The translations under genes were made by a program, and so were the position numbers. 64,000 bases of DNA, from positions 96,001-160,000 of the IMG/VR virus record IMGVR_UViG_3300033146_001382, one strand, 5' to 3'. The notes beneath the pieces are model-generated. The model saw nothing but the letters and a program-made list of their open reading frames with translations, searched no databases and was not told the origin of the DNA. This stretch comes from a virus. This document shows, in pieces, positions 9,940 to 21,400 of the stretch (the first letter of the stretch is position 1; each line of letters starts with the position of its first letter).

Positions 9940-11514
9940 ATGGTAGCAAAAACACGTTGGGTGGCGTATCCAGTGGATGCTGAAGGACAAGCCACAGATG
10001 GTAATGGTAATTCATACAAAGGTAAAGCAGGGTATAGTAGGGCAACTGCTAGTGTAGCAGATACATTTACAATAGGACCTACATCTAATAGATTGTATAT
10101 ATCTATGGATGGGGATGGTGGTCCTTATATTACTATGTATTCAGGTACTAATTTAGATCCTAGATTTTTGGCTAAGGATATCACAGAGAAAATGCATGAT
10201 TTAGGTAAGAATAATAAGCGGTGGGATGCCGCAAAATGTATTTGGACAAATAATAAAGCGGAAGGTAATTGCTTTGAAATACATTCCGGGACATTGGGCT
10301 CATCTTCTAGTGTTGTTATATCTACAGGTCAAACTAACGATGGCTCAGCTATTTTAGGGTATGCGACTGCTACAGAGCAAGGGGGCTTAGTTAGTAGTAA
10401 TGGTTTTTCAGGAGACATAACAGTTACTGGTGATTATCGTGGTTTTTTAGATGAGATGTATACTATAATGATTACTAATGATTCTTATAGTGAAGCTGGC
10501 TCAGCCCCTAGAGGTATTGGTACTCCAGTTAAAGATGCTGCTAATAGTTATGACGGCACAATGGTAACTGGCGGGGTGTTTAAATATACATCTGATTTAA
10601 CTTATACTATCAGTATTGATGTAACAAATGGGTCCACAATGGGCGGAGGATGGGGAAATGTACCAAGAATATCATGGGTGTCTACTGGAGATGATTCTTC
10701 TACAGTTAGTACGGAGCTTCTATTTCCGGATTATTGGTATAAAGTAGGTGATTATGGTTTAATGGTAAAATTCTCTGATGCCGTATTTAATCAAGTTAGC
10801 CCCGCATGGACAATAGGTTGTAAAAAAGCCGACTATGTAGGAGGCACAAATGCTACAGGACCAGTTGAAACTGCAGAATATGTATGGGCGTCTGACCGTG
10901 GCGAAATGAGCTCTGCTCCAGTAGTAACTTCTTCTGGTGCACCTACTCAATTAGGTACTAGAGGTCTGTCAGTGGTCTTTAATCCAGTAGGGGCAGATAA
11001 TTTTAATGCTGGGGATGAGTTTAGAGTGATATGTACTGCGCCTAAACCTACCAACTATAATATAACTAGTTTAAATTATGGAAATGTTACAGTAAGTACA
11101 GAATCTAGTGTAAAATGTGTAGTATTTGAGATAGAGTCTGGGGCTGTAGAAATGTCTACTGTAAAATTTGGACTACAAAATCATGGTACATTTAGTCATC
11201 ATGATGCTGGGAATAATGATACCGAATTTAGATTTGGTACGGTAGGTCCAGATAATACTTCTGGGGTTAATCCATCCAATGGCATAGAGTGGTGGAAAAA
11301 TGTAACTCCGGGGGATATAGATGATAATACTGCGCCCTCATATTTATATCATACTAAAGCAAATTTATCAGTAGTTTCTACTGCAGATGATAGTGAAAGT
11401 ATAGGTAATATAGGATTAATGTCTGATCCTATATGGTCAGGTATAAGGCTAGGTAGCTCAGAGACTGGAGCAAATAGTACAATTAATATGCGTTTATATT
11501 TTGATTATTCGTAA
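9940..11514 (+). CDS. Putative virion structural protein
   Basis: 524 aa with strong AAGGAGG RBS, Gly/Thr-rich. The NRLYISMDG segment resembles DKLILNIDD in ORF 18429. Confidence 0.65.
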   Translation: MVAKTRWVAYPVDAEGQATDGNGNSYKGKAGYSRATASVADTFTIGPTSNRLYISMDGDGGPYITMYSGTNLDPRFLAKDITEKMHDLGKNNKRWDAAKCIWTNNKAEGNCFEIHSGTLGSSSSVVISTGQTNDGSAILGYATATEQGGLVSSNGFSGDITVTGDYRGFLDEMYTIMITNDSYSEAGSAPRGIGTPVKDAANSYDGTMVTGGVFKYTSDLTYTISIDVTNGSTMGGGWGNVPRISWVSTGDDSSTVSTELLFPDYWYKVGDYGLMVKFSDAVFNQVSPAWTIGCKKADYVGGTNATGPVETAEYVWASDRGEMSSAPVVTSSGAPTQLGTRGLSVVFNPVGADNFNAGDEFRVICTAPKPTNYNITSLNYGNVTVSTESSVKCVVFEIESGAVEMSTVKFGLQNHGTFSHHDAGNNDTEFRFGTVGPDNTSGVNPSNGIEWWKNVTPGDIDDNTAPSYLYHTKANLSVVSTADDSESIGNIGLMSDPIWSGIRLGSSETGANSTINMRLYFDYS

Positions 11515-11532
11515 GTTATTTCAGTAACTTAC
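11511..11532. repeat. Perfect 8-bp inverted repeat GTAAGTTA-N6-TAACTTAC
   Basis: Read directly. It overlaps the stop codon of ORF 9940 and has no U-tract, so it looks more like an operator than a terminator. Confidence 0.7.
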
Positions 11533-11667
11533 AAAGTACACTAAGACTAAAGAAAAAGTTAATATGGCTTTGTGAGGTAGCATTGAGTTATTAGCGCTAG
11601 GAACAATAGATAATTGTGGCGACGCCAAATTAAACAGAAAATATAGAAATAAAAAGGAACTAATAAA

Positions 11668-11883
11668 ATGAAATCGAAACTCTATTTAGAGGAGATAGTA
11701 GAAAATAAGGATAGGAAGTTTGGGTCAACTTTAAAATATTACCCAGCTAGATTAATTTCAGAAAGCGGTACAACAGTTAACGCGTTGTTTACGAAAAATG
11801 AGTTAGATACTGCCATGAAAAGAGCAGTAACTAACCCAGAGGATATACCAAAGAAAACGTTTTTGGAAGGATTATTTAATTAA
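11668..11883 (+). CDS. Small hypothetical protein
   Basis: 71 aa with AAGGA RBS. LFT..E...A..RA..NPEDIP pattern recalled from small phage proteins. Confidence 0.7.
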   Translation: MKSKLYLEEIVENKDRKFGSTLKYYPARLISESGTTVNALFTKNELDTAMKRAVTNPEDIPKKTFLEGLFN

Positions 11884-11895
11884 GGAGTAATAGCT

Positions 11896-12093
11896 ATGCC
11901 AGTATATGAGTTTGAATGTGACTGTGGGAACGTATCTGAGGAATTAGTACCTATGGGCACCAAGTCTATTGAGTGCCCTAAGTGTAAAGAAAATATGAAA
12001 AAGATTATTTCAAAGTCTAGTTTTATTCTAAAAGGTACAGGGTGGGCATTTGATAACTATGGGTTGAAGAGTACAAAAAAAATTAATCAGTAA
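11896..12093 (+). CDS. FmdB-family zinc-ribbon protein
   Basis: MPVYEFECDCG...ECPKC...MKKIISKSSFILKGTGWA matches the FmdB/CxxC_CxxC_SSSS signature. Confidence 0.85.
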   Translation: MPVYEFECDCGNVSEELVPMGTKSIECPKCKENMKKIISKSSFILKGTGWAFDNYGLKSTKKINQ

Positions 12094-12107
12094 AGGGGAT
12101 ATATTTT

Positions 12108-12413
12108 ATGAGGCGAGGATGGCAGGTTGAGCTGGTTGATGGCTCTATATTAGAAGAGGGGCAGATTGAATGGAGGGAAGTACCTAAGGTTAAAATAAAA
12201 CGTTTATCTTTACTTTATGACGGAAGGCAATGGGATTTATTTGAGAAACAGGCATACTTTATTAAAAATAAAGCGTCTATGGTTCCTGGGATAGCAGAGT
12301 CTTTTCAAATTGAACGTAGATGTATAGGATATTATGAAGGGGCTAAGAAAATTCATTATATAGTGGATGAGTTAACTGGCAAATTTAATATGGAAGTAGT
12401 AGATAATGGATAA
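12108..12413 (+). CDS. Hypothetical protein
   Basis: 101 aa with AAGGGG RBS and tight packing. Confidence 0.65.
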   Translation: MRRGWQVELVDGSILEEGQIEWREVPKVKIKRLSLLYDGRQWDLFEKQAYFIKNKASMVPGIAESFQIERRCIGYYEGAKKIHYIVDELTGKFNMEVVDNG

Positions 12414-12418
12414 ATTTA

Positions 12419-15400
12419 ATGTCAAATGAACCTATAAACAAATGTCAATATTGGAATAAACATGAGCCTCTTCCGTGTATATATTGGGATGAAGAAACTA
12501 CGGTGTGTAATTATAGGGGCGCCGAAGATCAAAATTCTGTATCATCTACCTATACACCAACTCATTTTCCTTATTGTAATTTAATTGGTACTTCCGTAGG
12601 GTGTTCTAGCTATAAATCTCCTAATCATGGTGCAACTATTGCTAGGTGTATTTTGCCCGATCCTAGAAGACATGTATGTAATAGAGCTACAGGAAGAAAA
12701 TGGGTAACAGCTGAAGAGGATAGTGATACATATAACGAGAGTGGGGCAGTGTTACTTGATTGGCAATTTGATACTATAAATGGATACAATAATGGGGCGT
12801 GTGACGGTGTTGGAACCAATGTAACATGTAGTGGCTACGCTCCATATCATTTAGGCTTTGGAGTACTTACTCCTTCTGATAGTGTAGAATTAGATACTTT
12901 TGCCTTAGGTAGATTTTCAATAGATTCAGAATTTGATTATAGATTACCTACTAATTTTGTTATTTATAATATTAGGGCTGCTTTATCTAAGTGTTATTGG
13001 TGGAGAGTAGATAGTGGTAATTTTATAGTCGAAGAGGATAGTACTATAGCTTTAGAAGGTAATTGGGAGTGTTCTTGCCCTAATGACACTAGTTTTTATA
13101 GTGAGTTTACTTTAGATAATGGTCCCCCATGTAATGGGTGTAAACCTGAATGTCCTAGTTATACTGGTGTTTGCTGGAAATATTGTATAGATGTAAAAAT
13201 GCAGGATGGAGATCCTATTTTAGCTGAGCAGATACATGAATTACGTTATTACCATAGAGAATCAAATTGGACTACTGAAGCCATTCAATCTATATTTATA
13301 GATGAAGGTGATATTTTTACATGGCATGGGTCTATAGATCCTGCAAGATGTGCTGAGGGTAGTCTTGGTCAACAGTTAGACTCTGAGTGTGTAGATGGTG
13401 GTGCTACTTTAAAAGGGGCACTATCTACTACTATAGGTATAAATGGTATGATTGAAGATTATCGGATACCTGCAGTTAAAGTTACAATGCCATCTTTTGA
13501 AGAGTTTACTATTGAAACTGAGGATGTAGAGTTAACTCAAGGTACAACAGTAACGTCAGCATTATCAGATTTTCCTACATTAGTTAGATCAATTCAATTA
13601 CTTCCTTTATCTCCGATAATTCAAACAGAATTTACTAAACATACTACTGTCAATAATGAAAATTTATTATTGTTTGAGACACCATTTTTAGCTAAAGATA
13701 TTAGTGTTTTGATTTATGGTAAATTATTTTATTCTAAAACAGCTTATGCTATAAATATTAGTGATAGTAAAGTACGAGCAATTATACCTAGGGAGTTATA
13801 TCATTTTGATGATATATATTTATTAGAGACTACTTTAGGTCCAGAAGACTATGATATTTTTAAAGCTAGGTTAGTATCTGCTTTTAGAGCACTAAAGGCG
13901 TTAGATCCAGATAAGGTAATAGTTAATTCTTTAGCTAATGAGGATTTAACTTTTTTAATGGATGTTCCGGTACTATCTAAAGATAAGACTTATAATGGTT
14001 CTAGTGAAAATACTATTTTGGTATTTCAAGAAGTTAATGATACTTTTACTTTTGATAAGATTAGTTTTATTAAGAGAGTAGTAGGTGGTATGATGTTTCA
14101 AGATGATTTTAAAATTATAGGAGATAGAAAACTAGTACGTCACCCCATTCCTAATTTTGAAAAGTCATTTATGACAAATTTAAATCATAACGGAAGTATA
14201 TCATTCCATTTTTCTCCGTTTATAGATGCGGGGATAGAAACTACACCAGCATATACATATAATGATGTTAAGCATATAGACCCATTGACTGGAGATCTAT
14301 TTATAGGGAGTAAGAAATACAAAATTACGATAGTAACTTATTTGCTTGAAGTAACTTCTACTGTTGAATACGAACGAGAGTTTAAACCTATAGGCTCTAA
14401 TGGGTATGCATTAATAAAATTGAACGACTTGTATATTAATAATATTATAGAAAATTGGAAAGCAGAAAAGATTGTAGTAACTTATGAGAATGAGGTATTA
14501 GCTCCAAATGGTACTACTAGTATAGAATACTCTGAATGTGAAATGGAAATAGTACATCATGGTGGAGACCATAAAATGCCTAGTAGATGTGTACTGGTTA
14601 AACCAAGAAATATAGCTAATTATGGCTCAATTTGTGGAAGAGTATCAACTGTAAAAATAATTAATCTCACTTATATAGAAAAAAGAAGTTTTGAGCAACT
14701 ACCAGAGTTAAATTTAGGTACATATGAAGAGGTTATTGAGGAATCTGATGAGGTGCATATACTTAGTGCAGGCACACTTGAAGGGTCAGAGTCTAATTTT
14801 ATTATTGTAGATTATAAATTTGTGCTTACTTTAGCTACTATTATGAAAGATAGTACTGGTAGATATTTTACAATGTCTAGAACTAAACCTATAGGAATGG
14901 TTAAACAAGTAGCATGCCCAGATGTGGAGATTTTTTATAGTTGGGAAGGTAAGTATACAGAGTATCAAAATTTCCCTCATTGTAGATGTTGTGGTCCTTG
15001 GACAGAGACTCATATGTCAGATGATAACATTAGGAGGAACTCTCCATTTTGTGGAGACCATTTTGAATGTGCAGGTTGTTTGATTGGGCCCATGTGGTGG
15101 CCATATAATAAATGCCGGGATTACTCTGGTTACAGACAAGTAACTAATTTGGATAATTGGGATCTAGAGATGAGAGGCCTTTTTCAAATGAGGGATGACG
15201 ATGGTCAATGGGTACATGGTGCGCACGATATGAGAATGCTTGGACCGGATAAGAGGGATGGACGTACTGGTTTGTATTGTCCCCCTAGAGCTTGTACATG
15301 TCCAATGCTGACATACAATTATTACTTAAGGGGTGAGGCCTACTTTGTGGGATATGGTAGAGTAAGAGCTGGAGTTAGTCAAAGTCAGATAAGTATTTGG

Positions 15401-18016
15401 TTTGCTACTGGAAGTGATCCTATTTTACCTTTTGGTAATGAGCGTAGATCTGTTTTAAGGTCATATAGGACAATGGATCAAGCCCCGTATATTAGAACCG
15501 ATATAGACCCATTAACTAAAATATCTATACCCAGGACTGATTGGAAACTAATGCCTGCAATACAAATGTTTTCTCGCTCTGATATAACTCAAAATGATGA
15601 TGAAATGTGGGATTATTTTTGTGGTTCTAAGGGCGCAAATGTAATAAATCCATTGGGCTTTTATTTAGCTGATGAGTTCGATGGTTTAGCTATTGATGAG
15701 ACTGTAGATTATCATAATAGATTTAGGTTTGAAGATATAATAATAGCACGAAATGAGTTTAATCTAGGTTATCCTAAGACTGCAGGAAGTTATGTAGTGG
15801 CGGTAGGTAATAGTATAGTTTCTCCTTGGTACGACTTTAAAGAGTACTTAGTTAGTGGTTTATATATACAATGGGCTTGGCAAGAAGTGTGGAAACCTTT
15901 AGAGAGGAATAGTAATGAGTCGTTAGAGTGTTCATATGAAGAGTTTGTAGAGGAGTTTGTTACTAGGGGTGTAGTGGGTAATATAAAAGGTACTTATTTA
16001 GCGCTTGGTAATATAGTGGCTGGGTTACATCAAATGATAAAACCTACTTATCCTAAGTATGAGTATGACTGGCAGAATAAAGAATTTAGACTAGTAGGAG
16101 ATGAATCATCTGAGGCAAGAATAAAGTTTATTGCTCCAACTAGTAAAGATCAGGCTACCGGTGAATATATCGGCTACCCAGCTCTACAACTTAATAATGG
16201 GCCAAAGAGGGGTATTAACTGGCAGGGGGAGTGGCTCACAGCAGATAATGCGGATGGTACACTACCAGATGGTGAAACTCTAGATGAAGATTATAATGTT
16301 TTACTATATGAAACATGTATAGGAAATTATTCATTAGACACTTCTATTTCTACAGCTACTACATGGTCAAACCAAGTTACACTATTTGATAGTGGATACG
16401 ATGATATATCTACATCTTCTGCGGAAGATGATGATAGGATGGTTTTAACTATAGCTCCAATAACTGGGGATAAAGTTAAGACTTATTTTCAGAGAGGTTT
16501 AAATGTAGAACTATTTTTAAATAGACTAGGTAGCGCTCCTTTAAAGGTACAGCTATTAACTCAGTTGTTACAATTAGATCCATTTATGGAGGTGGTGTGT
16601 GGATTTACTGAATCACTACCTATAGGATTTAAATTTGATAATATAATGCGTACTATAGGTAGAGTTAGTTTTAGTTACGAATATGGTCCAAATCTTATCT
16701 CTCCGGCTGTGATATCAGCTAATAATACTCAAGTAACTCAAGCTGTTTATAGCTATTCTCATATGCCTGAGATATCTATATATAAGTCATCTACTGGTAC
16801 TGCTACTGGGGCAACTTTATTATATAAATCTAGTGGTATGAAACTATATGATGGCCCTCCAGAAGGAGTAATAGAGGTTAAATCTGAGACTGTAGAATGG
16901 GAAAATTCTTGGGATTATGTGGCTGGAGGCGAAGTAGGTTTATACGTAGTATTTAGAACTACCCCTACTGTTGAAGAAATATCTAAATTAAATACAACTT
17001 TATTAGACTCTGGAAGGTATAATAGTAGTTTAAATTTAGTAAATGTACTAAATACTCAATTATATAAAGAGGAGTTAACTGATGCGCAAGAAAATATAAA
17101 AATATGGGAAAGAAAATATTATGTTTCTTATGGGCACTCAGCAGATGGACCTCCTCAAGGCACTGGCGAAGTTAAGACTTTAACTGATCTACCAATGACC
17201 CCTCATAGTGTTTGGCAAGTTGATTCAGTTGAAGGTGTTAATGGTATAGCAGGATCAAATGGACAACACGCATATATAAATAAATGTAGAGGAAGATTTG
17301 TATTTGATATACATGAAGATGAAGAATTACTTGATACTGGATCAATAGCAGCTATGGAAAATTTACAGTATGAATTATACAATCAAGCTGCTAACAAAGC
17401 CACCACCCTTTCAGCTATGCAAGGGATAATGCCTCCAGGATTACAAAAACTTCTCACTGATAATGGAGTTATTTTTGGTGGTGCAGAATCATTAAGTTTG
17501 GAGAACTCGTTAATATCTACACTAGCGGAGATAAATAATTTCCCACTTATGCAAGCAGAAGGTCATTCTTATATTCCTAGTTCGCCTTGGACTGAGGGTT
17601 GTGGAGGATCATATACTCATTCAGCTTTAACTAGATGTTATGGTGGTGATACTTTTCAGTGGAGGTATACTAATTTTGATGGTGACTATGATACTGATAT
17701 ATTTGAAGACTCTCATTATGCTTGGGAGTCATTAACTCAATTTAATATGGGAACTTATTGGATGTTGCAGCGCAGAGAGGCTGATTTTTATTTAGCTGAC
17801 ACTGTTTTTCCTAGACTTTATTCTAGGAACACAAAAAATAGAATTTTTAGGGCTGACGAAGCTGAGTTTTCTGATATGACCTATCCACTTATGGATATTA
17901 GATATCCTACAGCTGGAAGTTTCTCAGTGCATGTACCAGCTAGACGTCCTCCCCCTGTCATTACTCATTGGGGTGGTATGTTTCCAATTACAATAGGACA
18001 AACATGGAATCAATAA
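12419..18016 (+). CDS. Large cysteine-rich protein of unknown function, probably structural
   Basis: 1865 aa uninterrupted ORF within the structural module. About 40 Cys, concentrated in two patches. Confidence 0.7.
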   Translation: MSNEPINKCQYWNKHEPLPCIYWDEETTVCNYRGAEDQNSVSSTYTPTHFPYCNLIGTSVGCSSYKSPNHGATIARCILPDPRRHVCNRATGRKWVTAEEDSDTYNESGAVLLDWQFDTINGYNNGACDGVGTNVTCSGYAPYHLGFGVLTPSDSVELDTFALGRFSIDSEFDYRLPTNFVIYNIRAALSKCYWWRVDSGNFIVEEDSTIALEGNWECSCPNDTSFYSEFTLDNGPPCNGCKPECPSYTGVCWKYCIDVKMQDGDPILAEQIHELRYYHRESNWTTEAIQSIFIDEGDIFTWHGSIDPARCAEGSLGQQLDSECVDGGATLKGALSTTIGINGMIEDYRIPAVKVTMPSFEEFTIETEDVELTQGTTVTSALSDFPTLVRSIQLLPLSPIIQTEFTKHTTVNNENLLLFETPFLAKDISVLIYGKLFYSKTAYAINISDSKVRAIIPRELYHFDDIYLLETTLGPEDYDIFKARLVSAFRALKALDPDKVIVNSLANEDLTFLMDVPVLSKDKTYNGSSENTILVFQEVNDTFTFDKISFIKRVVGGMMFQDDFKIIGDRKLVRHPIPNFEKSFMTNLNHNGSISFHFSPFIDAGIETTPAYTYNDVKHIDPLTGDLFIGSKKYKITIVTYLLEVTSTVEYEREFKPIGSNGYALIKLNDLYINNIIENWKAEKIVVTYENEVLAPNGTTSIEYSECEMEIVHHGGDHKMPSRCVLVKPRNIANYGSICGRVSTVKIINLTYIEKRSFEQLPELNLGTYEEVIEESDEVHILSAGTLEGSESNFIIVDYKFVLTLATIMKDSTGRYFTMSRTKPIGMVKQVACPDVEIFYSWEGKYTEYQNFPHCRCCGPWTETHMSDDNIRRNSPFCGDHFECAGCLIGPMWWPYNKCRDYSGYRQVTNLDNWDLEMRGLFQMRDDDGQWVHGAHDMRMLGPDKRDGRTGLYCPPRACTCPMLTYNYYLRGEAYFVGYGRVRAGVSQSQISIWFATGSDPILPFGNERRSVLRSYRTMDQAPYIRTDIDPLTKISIPRTDWKLMPAIQMFSRSDITQNDDEMWDYFCGSKGANVINPLGFYLADEFDGLAIDETVDYHNRFRFEDIIIARNEFNLGYPKTAGSYVVAVGNSIVSPWYDFKEYLVSGLYIQWAWQEVWKPLERNSNESLECSYEEFVEEFVTRGVVGNIKGTYLALGNIVAGLHQMIKPTYPKYEYDWQNKEFRLVGDESSEARIKFIAPTSKDQATGEYIGYPALQLNNGPKRGINWQGEWLTADNADGTLPDGETLDEDYNVLLYETCIGNYSLDTSISTATTWSNQVTLFDSGYDDISTSSAEDDDRMVLTIAPITGDKVKTYFQRGLNVELFLNRLGSAPLKVQLLTQLLQLDPFMEVVCGFTESLPIGFKFDNIMRTIGRVSFSYEYGPNLISPAVISANNTQVTQAVYSYSHMPEISIYKSSTGTATGATLLYKSSGMKLYDGPPEGVIEVKSETVEWENSWDYVAGGEVGLYVVFRTTPTVEEISKLNTTLLDSGRYNSSLNLVNVLNTQLYKEELTDAQENIKIWERKYYVSYGHSADGPPQGTGEVKTLTDLPMTPHSVWQVDSVEGVNGIAGSNGQHAYINKCRGRFVFDIHEDEELLDTGSIAAMENLQYELYNQAANKATTLSAMQGIMPPGLQKLLTDNGVIFGGAESLSLENSLISTLAEINNFPLMQAEGHSYIPSSPWTEGCGGSYTHSALTRCYGGDTFQWRYTNFDGDYDTDIFEDSHYAWESLTQFNMGTYWMLQRREADFYLADTVFPRLYSRNTKNRIFRADEAEFSDMTYPLMDIRYPTAGSFSVHVPARRPPPVITHWGGMFPITIGQTWNQ

Positions 18017-18034
18017 CTTAAAAGGAGTATAGGT

Positions 18035-18445
18035 ATGGAACATTTAGTTTGTAAAAAATGTGGAGAGCTAATGTATGAAAGTGCGCTGGCTACAACATTT
18101 GCGTATCATGATGAGTTAGATATAATAATGACTAACGACGGGAAGCTAGATATTGATTCAGCTCCTAAATATATGGTATACTCTTGTGTAAAATGTAAAA
18201 GTACACATAAAGTTTATTTTGAGGATTATTTTAGAGCTAGACAAGAATTAGCGCTAACTACTCTAGGTAAAATGCGCTCAGACACTTGTATTACATCGTT
18301 AGATAATTCTATAACTTATAGTGAGGATAGTGGTGTAGAGTTTTGTGGTATATGCCCCGGCATATTTGATGGTGACGGTGTATGTACTATGGATGTAATA
18401 AAAAATTGCACTATAAGGAGTTTTATACTTGAAAACAACTTATAA
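18035..18445 (+). CDS. Small Cys-rich (putative Zn-binding) protein
   Basis: 136 aa with AAGGAG RBS. Contains CKKC, CVKC and CGIC motifs. Confidence 0.7.
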   Translation: MEHLVCKKCGELMYESALATTFAYHDELDIIMTNDGKLDIDSAPKYMVYSCVKCKSTHKVYFEDYFRARQELALTTLGKMRSDTCITSLDNSITYSEDSGVEFCGICPGIFDGDGVCTMDVIKNCTIRSFILENNL

Positions 18446-21400
18446 TCTATTAAAAGATGCTTTTAGTATAAGGAATACCTCTACTTGTCAATATGATTCT
18501 TTACATGGGTATATAAGTAATTTTAGTAGAAATGGTGATGTAGATGGATGGGATATATACTCTAATATTTGTTTATATGGAGTATGGGATACAGTATTAT
18601 TTGGTACCTCTTTAGAAAGGGAGTGTTATATAAGTAGGACTAATATTTTTATACCCATACCAGCTGAAGAGTACCATATATTAAAAGTTACTATGAAATT
18701 AACACCTCCTGATGGTTTTTTAGATGAGCACCTTCCTACTAAGGGTAGGATAATGTGGCAAACGGTAGCAGATCCTTCTTGGAATGAAGATAAATCAATA
18801 GATTTCGATCTCGTTGTTAATGACCAATGGTACTCGTATATACTTAACACCGGTGAGTCTCAATATTGGCAAGGTGATATAGATAATATTAGAATATACC
18901 CATTTATAGATGGTAAACCTGATATTCGTTTTACTATAAAGACTATTAATGTAGATTCAACCAATTATTTTAGATGTATAAATACGCAATGCTCATTTTA
19001 TTCAAATTTCAGACACCCATGTGAAGGTATAGGTAAGCGTGCTTCTATAACTTCTGGAATTCCTAAAGAGTTTTTTACTACAGTATCAGGTGTCAATGAT
19101 AAATTAATTCTAAATATAGATGATTATGGAAGTCAGCAAATAAATATAGGTAATTTTACTAATGTGACTGGCAGTGACATGGCAAAAATACTAGTTAATA
19201 GAATAAGTTTAGTAGATGTAGGACAATACACTTATGTGGAAGCTACATTTGATACTACTAAAAATAAATTTACCATTTATTCCGGCTCTTCCGTTGATGG
19301 TGGGGTTATACATATCAGCGGCCCTGCCGCCAAAGAATTGGGATTTACTGATGAGTTAGGGAATGAGGTTGTTACAAAAACTATAGGTTGTGAGCCTGCT
19401 TCTGGTTTTGATTATGCTGCCTCTCGTAGATTAAAAGGATTTGAAATAAATGCTCTAATTGATGCCGATACAGAACATACTGCGTATTACCATAATCCAA
19501 ATCAATATACAGTAGAAGCAGGTAGGCCTGATTTTATAGATTCTATGAGTTCTTCTCATGCTCCCCGCCCTATAGATATAGATTATTATAAAGAGATAGA
19601 TGGTAATAATAAATTAATAATTGATGGCTCTCACCCTGTTAATGACTCTGGAAGATTAACTCATATAAAAGTAAATGGAACTAGATGTAAGGATGCAGAT
19701 GATAATATATATGCGTCTTCTAGGTTTAGTGAATCTTTCAGTAAAGTGGTTTTATTACGTCCATATAGAGTAGATAATATTAATGAGTCTTATGTAAAAA
19801 TTATCCATACAGCAATTTTAGGAGATCCAGAAAAAGGTGCTGTGCATACATCGTCTGATGTAACATATAGTGTGGATGTAAATTGGTTAGTTAATAAAGG
19901 TGATTTAATAGGGTTTTATAATTTTAATGTCTTGTGTCCACATTCTTTAAATCAACATACCCCAAATGCTGTCTATTTCGAGGTAAATGGTCTGCCAGAT
20001 GGAAGATTTTATATAGGTAAGCCTGCTGCTAAGGGAGTAATAGGGTTATCATTTTATGCTAGAAGTAGTAGAATACAAGAAAATATACAATTAGAAATTG
20101 ATCTAGGACGTAGAATTAATATTGAGGAATTAACTGTTCACGGTAAGGAACTAAAAACTAATTATGAATATAATGTAGCGTCATGTTTGGATGTTACATG
20201 GCAGGTAGATTTACATAATGAAACTCATTGGCATAAGGTTGGTCATTGTTATTATGGTACTCTACGTAGAGTAGAACATAGAAATAAAGCTTATGGATTA
20301 GAATGTCTAGACGATTGTGTTACTACCCCAGATAACGGACAGCAAGGAAGTTCATATACTAGTAGACCATTAGGAGGTAGTTTACATTTAGATGGGACTA
20401 ATTGGATTCAAAATGATGATCCGGATACTTATAGTGGTTTAGTTACTATAGGTGAGCATTCATATTTCTATGTTAATGGTGATGGGGAATGGAATAATGC
20501 TGGTTGTGGTACTCCTTCTCCATACAATCCTGACGCAGCTTACCATACAATGGAATTCCAAAGTCCATGGAGTGCAGGCCCTCCTTATGATTATGAATTT
20601 GATCCAATTACATTCACTTTATTATTTCCACCAGGAAGGCAAGTTCCAATACATAGATCAGCTATTTATTTTAAAGAGTCTAATAATTTTAAACACATCT
20701 CGTTATCGTACTATTTAGGGGAATTTGGACCAAATGGTAATGCTGAAGAGTTACATTGGGAGTTTGTACCAAAATTTAATTCAGTAGAATTAGATGGCAC
20801 TATGTTATATGAAGGGGTTACAGATGGCTCTCGTAGCAGTGAAAAGTATGATTCTATTTACTTCTCTAACCCATGGCCCATGGCAAAACCCAAATATGTA
20901 AATGGTAGATGTGTAAATTGGAATATTTATCAAACCATGATGAATGAGCGTATGAATACACTTAAACATTATTTTACCCCTATTCCATGTTATGGCTTTA
21001 GATATCATAATGAATGGCATTTAAGTACTAAGATTACAGAGATAGAAGTATTTAGTGGTTTATATATGAAACCGTCTTTGTTAGATAATGTTAGTATTTA
21101 CACCTCCTTATATGGGGAAGAATGGAATGAATTAGTATTTACAGCAGATGAGATGGACGATGAAAGGATAAATTCGCATGTTACAGGTAGTCCGAGATAT
21201 TTTTATTTAGAAATACAATCTCAAGATATATTTAAGCTAAAAGAATTGAATGCTACTATATCTACTGAGCATATTAGGGATCTAGAATGTTATGATACGA
21301 TAGATCCCGATATTGCTCCTAAAGGGGTTGTTACTACTTCTAAAGAATTAATTATAGAAAATACATACAATATACCATTGAATTTAATTGTGGATATTCC

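Noticed and set aside
11559-11633. Assignment of the leader structure to TPP, fluoride, T-box, purine or hammerhead families
   Set aside because: Only fragmentary resemblance (e.g. AGCGCTAGGA, GTGGCGAC). The conserved cores are missing.
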